Shown: positions 19,970 to 30,043 of the stretch, one piece after another
Layout of the letters: every line of letters starts with the position of its first letter
Numbering within the stretch: the first letter of the stretch is position 1
Source: Candidatus Hydrogenedentota bacterium
Lineage (GTDB): Bacteria > Hydrogenedentota > Hydrogenedentia > Hydrogenedentales > SLHB01
Assembly (NCBI GenBank): GCA_963668025.2
Contig: CAXXTH010000019.1
Location: 128,001 to 192,000, forward strand
Direction: 5' to 3'
DNA: 64,000 nucleotides
Position numbers and translations under genes: made by a program
The notes under the pieces: model-generated
Database searches by the model: none
The model's input: only the letters and a program-made list of their open reading frames with translations
What the model was told of the DNA's origin: nothing

Positions 19970-20475
19970 TGAACGAGGAAACCAAAACACCATTAGCAGC
20001 CAGCCTCACCCGCGCTATGACGCGATTGAAGGTAGCGATGAACGCCAGGACGCCCGAGGCTAAGAAGGCGGCAGAAGAGAGTTACGCCACGTGGCTCAGG
20101 GAACACGAGGAGCGCGAACGCCGCGCGCTTGAGTGGTATAAAGACAATTTCTCGGACAGCGGCAGGAAAACCAGAAAGCGAGCCGCTCCGCAAGAGAAAA
20201 ACGCTGCAATTGAACTCGCCAGCGAACTGGAAGCGCTCGCAACATCCGGCGACCCGGACCAGGCGGATGCCATAACCGAGACCATTGCGAAAGCTATAAG
20301 GCGGCGGTTTCGACTGCCTGTGGCGACCTTCCACGGATCGATTGTGGCAAAGTGCGTAAACCAAAATGGTCTCTCGGAGACCGCCGAGGCCGCCATGGCA
20401 CTGATCCGCCCAGCGGACGTTTCGAATATCTCTGACCCTTGGGGGCTGATGGAGCACAAGGCTAGGACATACTAG
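19969..20475 (+). CDS. Hypothetical protein
   Basis: ORF abutting the rep gene. Confidence 0.55.
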   Translation: MNEETKTPLAASLTRAMTRLKVAMNARTPEAKKAAEESYATWLREHEERERRALEWYKDNFSDSGRKTRKRAAPQEKNAAIELASELEALATSGDPDQADAITETIAKAIRRRFRLPVATFHGSIVAKCVNQNGLSETAEAAMALIRPADVSNISDPWGLMEHKARTY

Positions 20476-20625
20476 GACATACGGGGATGCCTAACTTAAA
20501 AAATCCAAACACAATGCCCAAGACTCCGTCCCCCGCGTTCCCACTGCGCGCGCGCGAGGGGCTGGGAGAGCGGGGATTAATCCCATGAATTTTCACGATT
20601 AGTGAATGTAGGAAGGAAAACGAAA

Positions 20626-21174
20626 ATGATACCACCTGAAGAGATTTTAGACGACGTGCGGAAAGAGTGTGCGGAATCCTATGTGGAGGCACTGGCCACG
20701 ATTCAGGTAGGGACTTAGGAGTCGCGTCAAAATAACTTACCGATTTTCTCCCACCACTCGGAAAGAAAGCGGTAATTCCTATCGCCATGAAAATTGCGTT
20801 GAATGCGAAAAAATAGTCAAGTTATTTTGACGCGCCTCCTTAGGGGACGAATATCCCCGGCCCAGGTCGCGGCGGCACAAGCTATTCTGAATTACGCCAC
20901 ACAACCGGTGAGCCAGAAGGAGGAAAAGACCGTACGGGTAACGAAGCAAAAAGGTGAAGCGATTGAACAAGAAATATCTCGGCTACGAGGTCGGAATAAA
21001 GTCGACCGGGAGGTACGCCGAGATGTTTTGCAAATATTGCCCGAGATCACCGACAAGACCGAGTATATGCGCCTCGTGGGTTGCATCATGATGCTTGAAG
21101 AGGAAATATCGAAGCGTAGCGCCACGGTGAGGTTGCTGTCGTTCGAGCGGCAAGAGCAGGAGTGCCGGGCATGA
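20626..21174 (+). pseudogene. Hypothetical gene with disrupted 5' half
   Basis: RBS and ATG near 20626 (MIPPEEILDD), then stop/frameshifts; intact 3' part at 20803-21174. Confidence 0.45.
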
Positions 21175-21377
21175 ATCTGGGATATGAATGTCAGCTTCAA
21201 AAACTCAGCGTCGAATTTGCACATAAGCTCGCTGCCAAAATCGAGAACGAGTGTGCAGGAAGAAGCGATGCGGAGGCCATTACCCGTGTGGCGTTGGCAA
21301 AAAACGAGGCGACAAAGTCGCGGATGCTACTGGAACGGTGTGAGGAACTATGGTTCCGAAAGCAGATGGCGCAATGA
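21171..21377 (+). CDS. Small hypothetical protein
   Basis: ATGA overlaps at both ends. Confidence 0.55.
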   Translation: MNLGYECQLQKLSVEFAHKLAAKIENECAGRSDAEAITRVALAKNEATKSRMLLERCEELWFRKQMAQ

Positions 21378-21807
21378 ACCCACGAACTGCACACGTGGCG
21401 CGGTTGTGCTTCGCTGTTCAAAACCGCAACGTTGTGGCGGAAGCGCTCGGTGTTGGCCGGAAGTGGGTGGACGAAATCATGGCCCGCCCCGACGTTCGCG
21501 AATACCTCGCCGTGCTCGAGTCCGGCAAGCGGATGCATCCGCGACGTTTGATGATTTGCTGGCGAGATCCATTCAGATGCTTGAGGGTGTGTTGGATGAC
21601 CCCGATGCGCCGCTTGCTACGAAACTGAAGGCGGCGGAGATGGTGATGGACCGCCATCCGAGCGGTGAGTTTGCGAAGCATTCGAAGCAGGAGCGGAGAA
21701 CCCGCCGAACAGGTGCCTATGTCACGAGCGCGCAGATCGATAAGCTGAGTCATACTGCAGTGAAAAGGATGCTGAAAGGTAGCACTGATGAAAAAACAGC
21801 CGACTGA
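21374..21807 (+). pseudogene. HTH protein resembling a small-terminase-like family, frameshift at ~21540
   Basis: VAEALGVGRKWV HTH, then LEGVLDDPDAPLATKLKAAEMVMDR in another frame. Confidence 0.5.
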
Positions 21808-22117
21808 TAGCAGGGCGGTCGTGAGCCCAAAGCTGAGAATATTGTGCCTGTTTCGCTCCTTGGGCCTGAGCATCCGCGAGGCCGCCGAGGCCGCGCACTA
21901 TGCCAGCGTGCAATCCGCGCACGCCTCGCTCCGGTCCCCCGCAGGCCGCGCCGAGCTGGCCCGGCTGCAAAGCGAGATCGAGGGAAAATACATCAAGATC
22001 GCGGTGATAGGTGACTTGCAGAAGGCCGGTATGCTCCCCCGCCCATGCACTCGCGGCGAAACATGCATGAACTACCGGCCAAAGCCCCAGGACACCCCCG
22101 CCGACCTCGGTGCCTGA
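21788..22117 (+). CDS. HTH-containing hypothetical protein
   Basis: GLSIREAAEAAHYAS..SAHASL. Confidence 0.55.
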   Translation: MKKQPTDSRAVVSPKLRILCLFRSLGLSIREAAEAAHYASVQSAHASLRSPAGRAELARLQSEIEGKYIKIAVIGDLQKAGMLPRPCTRGETCMNYRPKPQDTPADLGA

Positions 22118-22255
22118 CATGCCCGCCCTCAGACGGTGCGAATTCGTTTACGTGCTGGCCGCCCTGCTACGATCTGCCATCAAGCCATCCCCCATTCATA
22201 CTGCTAAACCGCCCGCGTTGCTCTACGGGCATCCTGCGAAGCGGAGAGAGGGGCG

Positions 22256-22284
22256 TTGACGAAACTCTAAGCTTACGGTACGCT
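22256..22284 (+). promoter_or_regulatory. Putative sigma70 promoter of the rhuM-like gene
   Basis: TTGACG-N17-TACGCT. Confidence 0.45.
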
Positions 22285-22349
22285 ACGGCCATCCTCCCAC
22301 GTCCGTTGGAAAACACGAGGCCGCGAATACGATAAATGGAGATAACAAG

Positions 22350-23079
22350 ATGAGCGAACCAGACACCTCCCGCCCCGGCGGCGAAATGATCGTTTACCAG
22401 ACCGAAGACGGCCACAACCGGATTCTCGTCCGGCTGAAAGATGAAACTGTCTGGCTCACACAGAGTGCACTGGCAGACCTGTTTGACACAACCAAACAGA
22501 ACATAAGCCTTCATATTAAAAACATTTACGAAGAAAACGAGTTGCGGGAAGAATCAGTTGTCAAGGAATACTTGACAACTGCCGCCGATGGCAAACAGTA
22601 TCGAGTAAAGCATTATAGCCTCGAAACGGGATGCCGCCACGGCGAAAAACTATCTCGATGCAAAGGAAATCGACACACTCAACCGAATCACGGTCATGTT
22701 CCTCGACCAGGCCGAATTCCGCGCCCAGCGGCGGCAGGATATCCGCATACGCGATTGGGAAATGCTTCTCGACAAGTTTCTGGGCGATACGGAACTGCCG
22801 GTGCTCGACGGCCCAGGCTCCATCAGCCACCAAGCGGCCCAGAAATGGGCGTATCTGCAATACGGCGCTTTCGCGGAACGGCGGAGGCATACGGCGGAAG
22901 ACGAGGCCGAAAAACGGTATCTGGATGATCTGCGGAACTCCGCCAGGGAACTGGAATCGGAACGGAAGAAACCAGCCCCCCAAAAAACTCGGCGCGAAAA
23001 ACGCCGAATATCGCTGAGAATCCACCCTATTTCCACTGGCGGAGTTCATTCACCAGTGTGCGAAGAAACTGCTCGATGA
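22350..23079 (+). pseudogene. RhuM-family protein with out-of-frame internal deletion at ~22627
   Basis: N-terminal ETVWLTQ..LADLF...HIKNIY...AADGKQY jumps straight to C-terminal AKNYL...MFLDQAE...GSISH. Confidence 0.8.
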
Positions 23080-23091
23080 TGCATCTTTTTT

Positions 23092-23230
23092 GTAACACTT
23101 TAGCCAAGTGGTGAAGAATGACCGACGCCCTCGTCGGTCATCAGATGGAAAATGATGTATTAATACCGGTGCAAGGTAATAAATAAGGCTGCCAAATACC
23201 AGATGCTACTTCAGTCGGCTAAAGTGTTAC
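23092..23230. mobile_element. 139-bp MITE
   Basis: Perfect 14-bp TIR GTAACACTTTAGCC / GGCTAAAGTGTTAC; no ORF; second partial copy at 641-710. Confidence 0.8.
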
Positions 23231-23241
23231 TCTTTTCCGCA

Positions 23242-23276
23242 TTGCGGACCTCTGTGTTCTCCGCGCATCCGCGTTA
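23242..23276. repeat. 9-bp-periodic REP-like repeat, matches reverse complement of 59973-60007
   Basis: TTGCGGACCTCTGTGTTCTCCGCGCATCCGCGTTA. Confidence 0.7.
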
Positions 23277-23420
23277 AAAATAACCGCCTTTATTGGGTTG
23301 TAAAGATACCAAGTATGATACAACAACCTTATCGGGCGATATGGGGCAACCTTGCTGGTTTGCGGCAAAACCGCGTCGTGATATAAGATGCCGCTTTATG
23401 GAAATAGGAGATTATAAGCC

Positions 23421-24356
23421 ATGAACCAGCCATCCATTCTAGTCATCGGCAGCGCGAATGTGGACCTTGTCACGCGCGTATCCCGGTCTCCCCGGCCAGG
23501 CGAGACCATCACCGGTTTGTCTTTCCACATTTATCCTGGCGGCAAAGGGGCCAACCAGGCCGTGGCGGCGGCCCGGCTTGGCGCACGGACCGTTTTCGCC
23601 GGGTGTGTGGGAGCGGATGAATTTGGTGAAATGCAGCGGCATACGCTGGCCGAAGCTGGGGTGGATGTTTCGCACATCAAGACCGATCCTGACGAAGCCA
23701 CCGGCACGGCGTCGATCCTCGTCGCCGATGGAGGCGAGAACACCATCGTGGTGGCTCCTGGCGCGAATGGGCGCATTACGCCCGCCGACATCGAGCGGCT
23801 TGATGGGCTTTTCGCGGCAGCGGATGCCGTGTTATTGCAGCTTGAGATTCCCCTTGAAGCCGTCGAGGCGGCCCTTGACGCGGCCCGAAAACATGGCGCG
23901 CTGTCTATTCTCGATGCCGGGCCCGCCCAGCAGCTCCCGGGCAGCCTGCTCGCCAAGGCGTCCATCGTATCGCCCAATGAGACGGAGGCGCAGGCGCTCA
24001 CCGGCCTTGCCGTCAACACGCTTGATGAGGCGCGCGCCGCCGCGGAGGCCTTGCGCGCACTCGGCGTTCCTGAAGTCGTGCTCAAGCTGGGTTCTCGAGG
24101 TGCGCTCTATGTGGGCGATGAAGTGTTGTATGCGCCCGCGTTTCCCGTTAACGCCATTGACACCGTTGCGGCGGGCGATTCCTTCACGGCTGCATTGGGC
24201 TTTGCCTGGCGCATGGCATCGAGCAAGATGGAAGCCCTCCGCTTCGCCAACGCGGCAGGCGGCCTGGCCACGACCGTCGCAGGCGCACAGCCATCAGCGC
24301 CCACCCGCGACGCCGTCGAGGCGTTTTTACGCAGCCAGCGCACGGATGCCTCTTAG
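23421..24356 (+). CDS. rbsK: Ribokinase
   Basis: GSANVD, PGGKGANQAVAAARLG, PNETE and DTVAAGDSF motifs. Confidence 0.95.
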   Translation: MNQPSILVIGSANVDLVTRVSRSPRPGETITGLSFHIYPGGKGANQAVAAARLGARTVFAGCVGADEFGEMQRHTLAEAGVDVSHIKTDPDEATGTASILVADGGENTIVVAPGANGRITPADIERLDGLFAAADAVLLQLEIPLEAVEAALDAARKHGALSILDAGPAQQLPGSLLAKASIVSPNETEAQALTGLAVNTLDEARAAAEALRALGVPEVVLKLGSRGALYVGDEVLYAPAFPVNAIDTVAAGDSFTAALGFAWRMASSKMEALRFANAAGGLATTVAGAQPSAPTRDAVEAFLRSQRTDAS

Positions 24357-25012
24357 CGCATCTCGGGGAAATAATGGGCTTCGATAAGCGCACACATGGT
24401 GTGGTACAGCACGAGGTGCGCTTCTTGAATCGTTTTCACGCTATCGCCTGGAGCGCGCAACGCGATATCCGCGAAGGCCGCCATATGCCCGCCATCCGGC
24501 CCCGTGAACGATACGGTTGTAGCGCCCACCGCACGCGCCACGGACAGCGCCATCCGCACGCTGGGCGCGTTGCCGGAAGTGCTGATCCCCACGACGACAT
24601 CGCCTGGACGCGCGAGCGCCGCCAATTCCTGGGCGTAGGCGATATCACGCATGGGCGAATCATTCTCGATGGCGGACTTGAGCGAGCCGTTCAATCCTAA
24701 AGCGATGGCGGGCAGGCCCGCCTCGAGGTGCGCCGCCAGTTCATCGCCGAACGGCAGCCCATCCAGGCGTGTTAAAAAATCCGCAGGCAGCGGGCGTTTG
24801 CGCTCGAAGCTCTTGCACAATTCACCCACGATATGCATGGCGTCGGCGAAACTGCCGCCATTGCCGCATGCCAGCAATTTTCCGCCCTGGTTGTAGCACG
24901 CCACCAACGCGCCATGGAGCGCTAAAAGCTCCTCTACGCACCCCGACAAATCAGGGCGGCGCGTCCGCATGCCATCGAGCACCCCATGTTCTTCCGCGGA
25001 TAATGCGCTCAC
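24353..25012 (-). CDS. GmhA-like SIS-domain phosphosugar isomerase
   Basis: CGNGGS..DAMH..GEL, ISTSGN and IQEAH motifs. Confidence 0.88.
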   Translation of the reverse strand: MSALSAEEHGVLDGMRTRRPDLSGCVEELLALHGALVACYNQGGKLLACGNGGSFADAMHIVGELCKSFERKRPLPADFLTRLDGLPFGDELAAHLEAGLPAIALGLNGSLKSAIENDSPMRDIAYAQELAALARPGDVVVGISTSGNAPSVRMALSVARAVGATTVSFTGPDGGHMAAFADIALRAPGDSVKTIQEAHLVLYHTMCALIEAHYFPEMR

Positions 25013-25023
25013 CGCGCCTCCTT

Positions 25024-25653
25024 TCATTCCAGAATGCGCACCTTGCGCCCTTCAACCTGCAACCGGCCCTCCGCGTACAATTGGATCGCACGCGGGTAAA
25101 GCTCCCGCTCCTTGGCCATCACCCGTTCCGCCAGGGTATCCGGCGTGTCCGTATCGAGCACTGGCACGGCTTCCTGGAGAATCACTGGGCCTTTATCATA
25201 TTCTCCATCCACGAAGTGAATGGTCGCGCCAGAGAGTTTCACGCCATATTCGAGCACCGATTCATGCACATGATGCCCATACATGCCCTTGCCGCAGAAC
25301 GAAGGTATTAAAGCAGGGTGTGTATTCATAATCTTGCCATTAAAATCGTTCGGGACATCCAGCAGGCTCATGAAACCGGCAAGCACCACCAACTCGGCCT
25401 CATGCTGGCGTAAAATATCCCAGATTGCCGCACTGAAACCCGCAAGCCCAGCGTCCGACTGGGCGTAATCTTTGCGGCTTACGAGATACGCGGCAATGTC
25501 ATGCTGTTTCGCTCGTTCAAGGCCATACGCGCCCGCGCGCGAACTGATGACGCACGTTACGGATGCATCGAGTTCGCCACGGTCAATGTAGTCGATGATA
25601 TTTTGCAGCGTTGTTCCGCCGCCAGATAGCAACACCCCTAGTTTAACCGCCAT
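25024..25653 (-). CDS. purN: Phosphoribosylglycinamide formyltransferase
   Basis: LLSGGGTTLQ, LAGFM, NTHPALIP and DGEYDKGP motifs. Confidence 0.96.
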   Translation of the reverse strand: MAVKLGVLLSGGGTTLQNIIDYIDRGELDASVTCVISSRAGAYGLERAKQHDIAAYLVSRKDYAQSDAGLAGFSAAIWDILRQHEAELVVLAGFMSLLDVPNDFNGKIMNTHPALIPSFCGKGMYGHHVHESVLEYGVKLSGATIHFVDGEYDKGPVILQEAVPVLDTDTPDTLAERVMAKERELYPRAIQLYAEGRLQVEGRKVRILE

Positions 25654-25711
25654 AAACACTCCCTTGCTAGGCCATTTTGCCAGAGACCCCTCCCCCTCAG
25701 TCTATCTCAGT

Positions 25712-26245
25712 CTACAGCACTTCGATGGTGAAATGCGTATTGGTGTAGATGCAAATCCCCGCCGCGATGGTCAGAGATTTCCGCACCACCTCTTCCGCAT
25801 TGAGCCCGGGCTGGTCCGATAACGCGCGCGCCGCCGCAAGGGCATAGCATCCACCTGAACCGATGGCCAAAATACCGTCGTCGGGCTCTATGATCTCGCC
25901 GCTGCCTGCGATGAGGAGGGATTTTTCCTCATCACACACAGCCAGCAACGCTTCGAGATTGCGCAGGTATTTATCCGTGCGCCATTCCTTGCCCAGCTCC
26001 ACCGCGGCGCGTACAAGGCTTTTATTGAATTCGTTCAGTTTTGCTTCAAACCGTTCGAATAAAGTGAACGCATCGGCCACGGAGCCCGAGAATCCAGCCA
26101 GCACCCGGCCCTCGGCCAGCCGCCGCACCTTGCTGGCCTTCGTTTTCATGACCGTCGCGCCGAGCGTCACTTGTCCATCGGAGCCAAGGGCCACCTGTCC
26201 ATCGCGCCGGACGCTGATCACCGTTGTTGCATGCCATTCCGTCAT
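25712..26245 (-). CDS. hslV: ATP-dependent protease peptidase subunit
   Basis: [23 protein letters not shown] and ICIYTN motifs. Confidence 0.97.
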   Translation of the reverse strand: MTEWHATTVISVRRDGQVALGSDGQVTLGATVMKTKASKVRRLAEGRVLAGFSGSVADAFTLFERFEAKLNEFNKSLVRAAVELGKEWRTDKYLRNLEALLAVCDEEKSLLIAGSGEIIEPDDGILAIGSGGCYALAAARALSDQPGLNAEEVVRKSLTIAAGICIYTNTHFTIEVL

Positions 26246-26499
26246 TGGTTCACCTCCTATTCCGTAAGGTTCTATCACACCCGTCCGGCTGGGGCAAGTA
26301 TGACGTGAGATTTGCCCAATCGATATATTCTGCTTTTGTCTCTTGGGCTTGCCTAATACTTCATTTTGTTGAAATGGTATCATGATAGCAGGCTTTCGGA
26401 AGAGCCATTCGTTTGTGGCGCAAGCACAAAGCGCCTATACTTTTTGCGGAATGGATGAGGTAATGCCGTGAGCTTAACCGTCCCAGGGGCATGTAAAAA

Positions 26500-27594
26500 A
26501 TGAAAACACGAATCCGCGCCGCCATACTCGGACTTGGAAGGAGCGGGCGCGATATCCACGGCGCTTGTTTGCGCCAGGATACGCCGCACTATGTGATCGC
26601 CGCTGTAGTGGACCCCCTGCCCGAGCGCCGCGAACGGGCGGCGCGTGAATATGGGTGTGATACGTATGCGGATCATGCGCCTTTATTGCAGCGGACGGAT
26701 CTGGACTTGATTATCAACGCCGCTCCGTCCAAATTTCATGTGCCGTATACGCTCGAATTCTTGAAGGCCGGATTCAACGTGCTCTGCGACAAGCCCTTTG
26801 CATTCCAGGTGAAGGACGCCGACAAAATGCTCGCCGCATCGCAGCAGAGCGGAAAACTGCTCGCGGTTTTCCAGCAGTCACGCTTTGCGCCCGGTTTCCA
26901 GCAAATGCGCAAGGTCATCCATTCCGGCGTGCTGGGCGGCATCATCCAAATTAGCATTTGTTCGAGCAGGTTCTCGCGCCGGTATGATTGGCAGACGCTC
27001 ACGGAAGAAATGGGCGGCAATCTATTGAATTCGGGCCCGCACCTCATAGACCAGGCGCTCCAGTTTTTCGGCACAGACATCATGCCCAAGGTCACGTGCG
27101 TGATGCGCAACGCCGTCAGTTGTGGCGACGCGGATGATCATACCTTGATTATCTTGCAAGGCGAGGGGCGGCCAATCATTGAAATAGAGCTATCCTCGTG
27201 CAGCGCTTATCCGCGCCCCATGTATGTGGTGTATGGCGCGCGCGGCGGCTTGCAAGGCTCCATGCAAGAGCTTCAGTGGAAATATTATGATGTGGAAAAA
27301 GCCCCCAAGCAGACGCTGGTGCGCGAACCGTTGAAAGACGAGAATGGCGAGCCCGCGTATTGCAACGAGGCCCTGGACTGGATGGAGGAATCCTGGACAG
27401 CGCCGCAAAGCGGGCATACTCTTCTCGCGGACGGCGCCGGGCAGTTTTACGCTATGCTGTATAAAACCCTGGCGGAGGGAGCGCCCCTCGAGATCACGCC
27501 ACGGCAAGTCCGCCAGCAAATAGCCGTTATTGAAGAGTGCCTCCGCCAGAATCCGCATATCTTCAGGCGGAAAAGCAAACGAGCCAAGCACTAG
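26500..27594 (+). CDS. Gfo/Idh/MocA oxidoreductase
   Basis: GLGRSG, CDKP, GGNLLNSGPHLIDQ. Confidence 0.92.
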   Translation: MKTRIRAAILGLGRSGRDIHGACLRQDTPHYVIAAVVDPLPERRERAAREYGCDTYADHAPLLQRTDLDLIINAAPSKFHVPYTLEFLKAGFNVLCDKPFAFQVKDADKMLAASQQSGKLLAVFQQSRFAPGFQQMRKVIHSGVLGGIIQISICSSRFSRRYDWQTLTEEMGGNLLNSGPHLIDQALQFFGTDIMPKVTCVMRNAVSCGDADDHTLIILQGEGRPIIEIELSSCSAYPRPMYVVYGARGGLQGSMQELQWKYYDVEKAPKQTLVREPLKDENGEPAYCNEALDWMEESWTAPQSGHTLLADGAGQFYAMLYKTLAEGAPLEITPRQVRQQIAVIEECLRQNPHIFRRKSKRAKH

Positions 27595-27605
27595 AGGAGC
27601 AATTC

Positions 27606-28472
27606 ATGCGTATTGGGATTATCGGAGCGGAGAACAGCCATGCGGCCGCCATCGCGAAGATCATCAATGTGGATAAACTAATCAAAGGCTTTTCGGTGGA
27701 ATATTTGTGGGGCGAAAGCGATGCGCTGGCTCGGGCAGCCGCTAAAGCCGGGCAAATCCCCCAGATTGTGCAGAAGCCGCGCGAAATGCTCGGGCTGGCG
27801 GATGCGATAGTCGTGGATCATCGCCATGCGAAGTATCACCTGCCCGCCGCGAAACCGTTCGCGCACAAGGGCGTACCGATTTTTGTGGACAAGCCTTTCT
27901 GTTACCGTTCAAACGAGGGGGCCGAATTCATCAAACTCTGCCGGCGCGCCGGAGCGCCGCTCACGTCGTTTGGAATCGTGCCGCGCCAAAAGAGTTTCGC
28001 CCGATTCCAGAAGAAGCTTGAGGGAATGGGGCCCGTGCTGGCTGCTTCGACCTACGGCCCTTGCGACTTGGATAATCCGTGGGGCGGCATCTTCTTTTAT
28101 GGCATCCACCAAGTGGAAATCGCACTCATGGCCTTTGGTTATGGCATTCACGAAGTGGAGTTGATCAAAAACGGCGGAAAAAACGCGGCCGCCCAATTGT
28201 TCTACTCGTCGGGATTGATCGTGACAATGAACCTCATTCGGGAAGGATGCTCCGGTTTCGGCGTGCATGCCGTGTGCGCCCAAGGCAGCGTGCAGATGCC
28301 GCTGGCGTTTGACAAGAATCCCTATCTCCCGGGCGTCAAACTCTTCACGCGCATGTTCAAGACAGGTGAATTGCCCCTGGCGGATAAGCAGCTTATCGAG
28401 CCCATCCGCATTCTCGAGGCGCTGGAGCGCTCTGAACAATCCGGCGAGCGGGAAGCGGTTCAAGACAAGTAA
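27606..28472 (+). CDS. Gfo/Idh/MocA oxidoreductase
   Basis: IGIIGAENSHA, FVDKP, FYGIH. Confidence 0.88.
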   Translation: MRIGIIGAENSHAAAIAKIINVDKLIKGFSVEYLWGESDALARAAAKAGQIPQIVQKPREMLGLADAIVVDHRHAKYHLPAAKPFAHKGVPIFVDKPFCYRSNEGAEFIKLCRRAGAPLTSFGIVPRQKSFARFQKKLEGMGPVLAASTYGPCDLDNPWGGIFFYGIHQVEIALMAFGYGIHEVELIKNGGKNAAAQLFYSSGLIVTMNLIREGCSGFGVHAVCAQGSVQMPLAFDKNPYLPGVKLFTRMFKTGELPLADKQLIEPIRILEALERSEQSGEREAVQDK

Positions 28473-28520
28473 ACCTCGGTTGCTCCCCGAAGCAATCGCA
28501 TTAAAAACAATTTTGAATTG

Positions 28521-28585
28521 GCCTCAAGAGGCGCAAAAGACGCAAGAAGCGATTTATTTTTTGTGTCTTTTGCGCCTTTTATGGC
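28521..28585. repeat. 9-bp-periodic palindromic repeat
   Basis: GCCTCAAGAGGCGCAAAAGACGCAA...TTGTGTCTTTTGCGCCTTTTATGGC. Confidence 0.7.
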
Positions 28586-28689
28586 TCATTCTCCAGAAAT
28601 GTGGGGAGTGGTGTTTCAGATAGGTTTGGACACCACAAAATACTCTGATGAAAGGGAAAAACAGCGCTTTTTTTTGTGATTGCCCTCGG

Positions 28690-29166
28690 TTACTCCCCGA
28701 GCAGCTCTTTCATACGCGGGTGGCCGTGCAGGCCCAGGCGGGGTTCGAGTTCCGCAAGGTGTTTGCGCATGCCGGGATCGAGTTCGAGCGATTTGGATAA
28801 CGACTCGAATGCTTCTTCCGTGCGAGGCGGCTCCATTAAGGATAAAAATACGCCCAAATCAAAATGAGCCAGCGCATTGCGAGGTTCAAAAGCCGTGGCC
28901 ATGCGCAATTCTTTTTCTGCTTCTTCATGGCGTCCGAGATGAAAAAGCACATTCCCCAGCAGCCGGCGGCTGTCGGCCCACATGGGCGCTCGTTTCACCA
29001 CCCGTTTCAGGCGTTCACAAGCCTTCTCGAAATTTCTTTCATTAACCGCCGCGACCGCCTCTTCCCATTGCGCGCGCAGCCGCCGTCCCGTTCCACGTTC
29101 ACGGACGTATAACCATATACATAGGGCGAACACTATTAGTCCGCCCGCCAGCTTGAGCATATCCAT
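28690..29166 (-). CDS. Membrane-anchored TPR protein
   Basis: N-terminal TM; TPR pattern LGNVLFHLGRHEEA. Confidence 0.8.
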   Translation of the reverse strand: MDMLKLAGGLIVFALCIWLYVRERGTGRRLRAQWEEAVAAVNERNFEKACERLKRVVKRAPMWADSRRLLGNVLFHLGRHEEAEKELRMATAFEPRNALAHFDLGVFLSLMEPPRTEEAFESLSKSLELDPGMRKHLAELEPRLGLHGHPRMKELLGE

Positions 29167-29194
29167 TCGAAATCAGCCTTTCCCCGGCGCGCCT

Positions 29195-29962
29195 TTATGC
29201 ATCCGCCTCGAGGGGATGCCCCACGCGGGCTTTGACAAACACTTCCACCATCCCAGGGTCAAAATATTTCCCGCTTTCTTCGTGAATGAAATCCATGGCG
29301 TCATCATGGCGGGTATAGCCAGGGCGATAGTGCCGGGGGCTCGTCATGGCGCAATACACATCAATGATTTTCATGGCCCGGGCCAGCAAGGGAATGCCGC
29401 CGCCTGTAAGGCCATTGGGATACCCCGAGCCATCAAAACACTCATGATGGTGGCGCACAATGAGCTCCGTGTCCGCTAACAAATGCAGGCCGCGAACCAC
29501 ATCCGCCCCTAAATTGGCATGCTGCTGGAGCATTCCCCATTCTTCATAAGACAAAACGCTTTTCTTCGTCAACAATTCCGGCTGGATGAACAGATTGCCG
29601 ATATTGCGCACATAAGCGGACTTCTCGAACGCAAACTGGCCGTCCGCATTCAAGCCCAGCGCCGCCGAAAACCGTGTAGCATGTTCACGGAGCCGCCGGG
29701 ACGCGCCTGCGGGATAATACTCCGTGGCGTCAATGGCTGAACCGAGCCATTCGAGCAGCTCTTCCATCCCCTCCGCCATATGGAGCGCCAAGCCAAGCGC
29801 CACGCCGGGATCGCCGCCGCCCAATACTGCTACGGCATTGGCTGGCTGGCGCGCCGCTGGCTCCATATGCAAGATCTCGACGCCTTCATGATCACGCGCG
29901 GTTTCCACCGCGAGGCGCTCCATCGCCTCGTTTTCTTCCAGCATAATGATTCGTTTCAGCAT
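29195..29962 (-). CDS. HD-GYP domain protein with degenerate HD motif
   Basis: HHECFDGSGYPNGL present; LHDIGK position reads VRNIGN. Confidence 0.85.
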   Translation of the reverse strand: MLKRIIMLEENEAMERLAVETARDHEGVEILHMEPAARQPANAVAVLGGGDPGVALGLALHMAEGMEELLEWLGSAIDATEYYPAGASRRLREHATRFSAALGLNADGQFAFEKSAYVRNIGNLFIQPELLTKKSVLSYEEWGMLQQHANLGADVVRGLHLLADTELIVRHHHECFDGSGYPNGLTGGGIPLLARAMKIIDVYCAMTSPRHYRPGYTRHDDAMDFIHEESGKYFDPGMVEVFVKARVGHPLEADA

Positions 29963-30043
29963 GCCCCAGCCTCCTGTATCGCCGCACCATCTTACCAGTA
30001 TGGCATGTGCGCGGCAACTCTTTGATTCAGGACCGCTTGCGCC

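Larger units (their letters stand above)
15723..22117 (+). mobile_element. Decayed phage-satellite/prophage-like integrative element
   Basis: Co-oriented int, ORF6N, two HTH xis/AlpA-like genes, replication-initiator-like gene and small ATGA-coupled ORFs; lower GC; several frameshifts; no structural genes. Confidence 0.7.

Noticed and set aside
22118-22349. attR or tRNA fragment for the satellite
   Set aside because: No tRNA-like sequence or direct repeat found; the left end was removed by IS1380
25712-26383. Long 223-aa HslV (and the 492-aa UxaC call at 31044)
   Set aside because: Downstream ATGs (26245 with GGAGG RBS; 31257) match family lengths; the extensions are spurious
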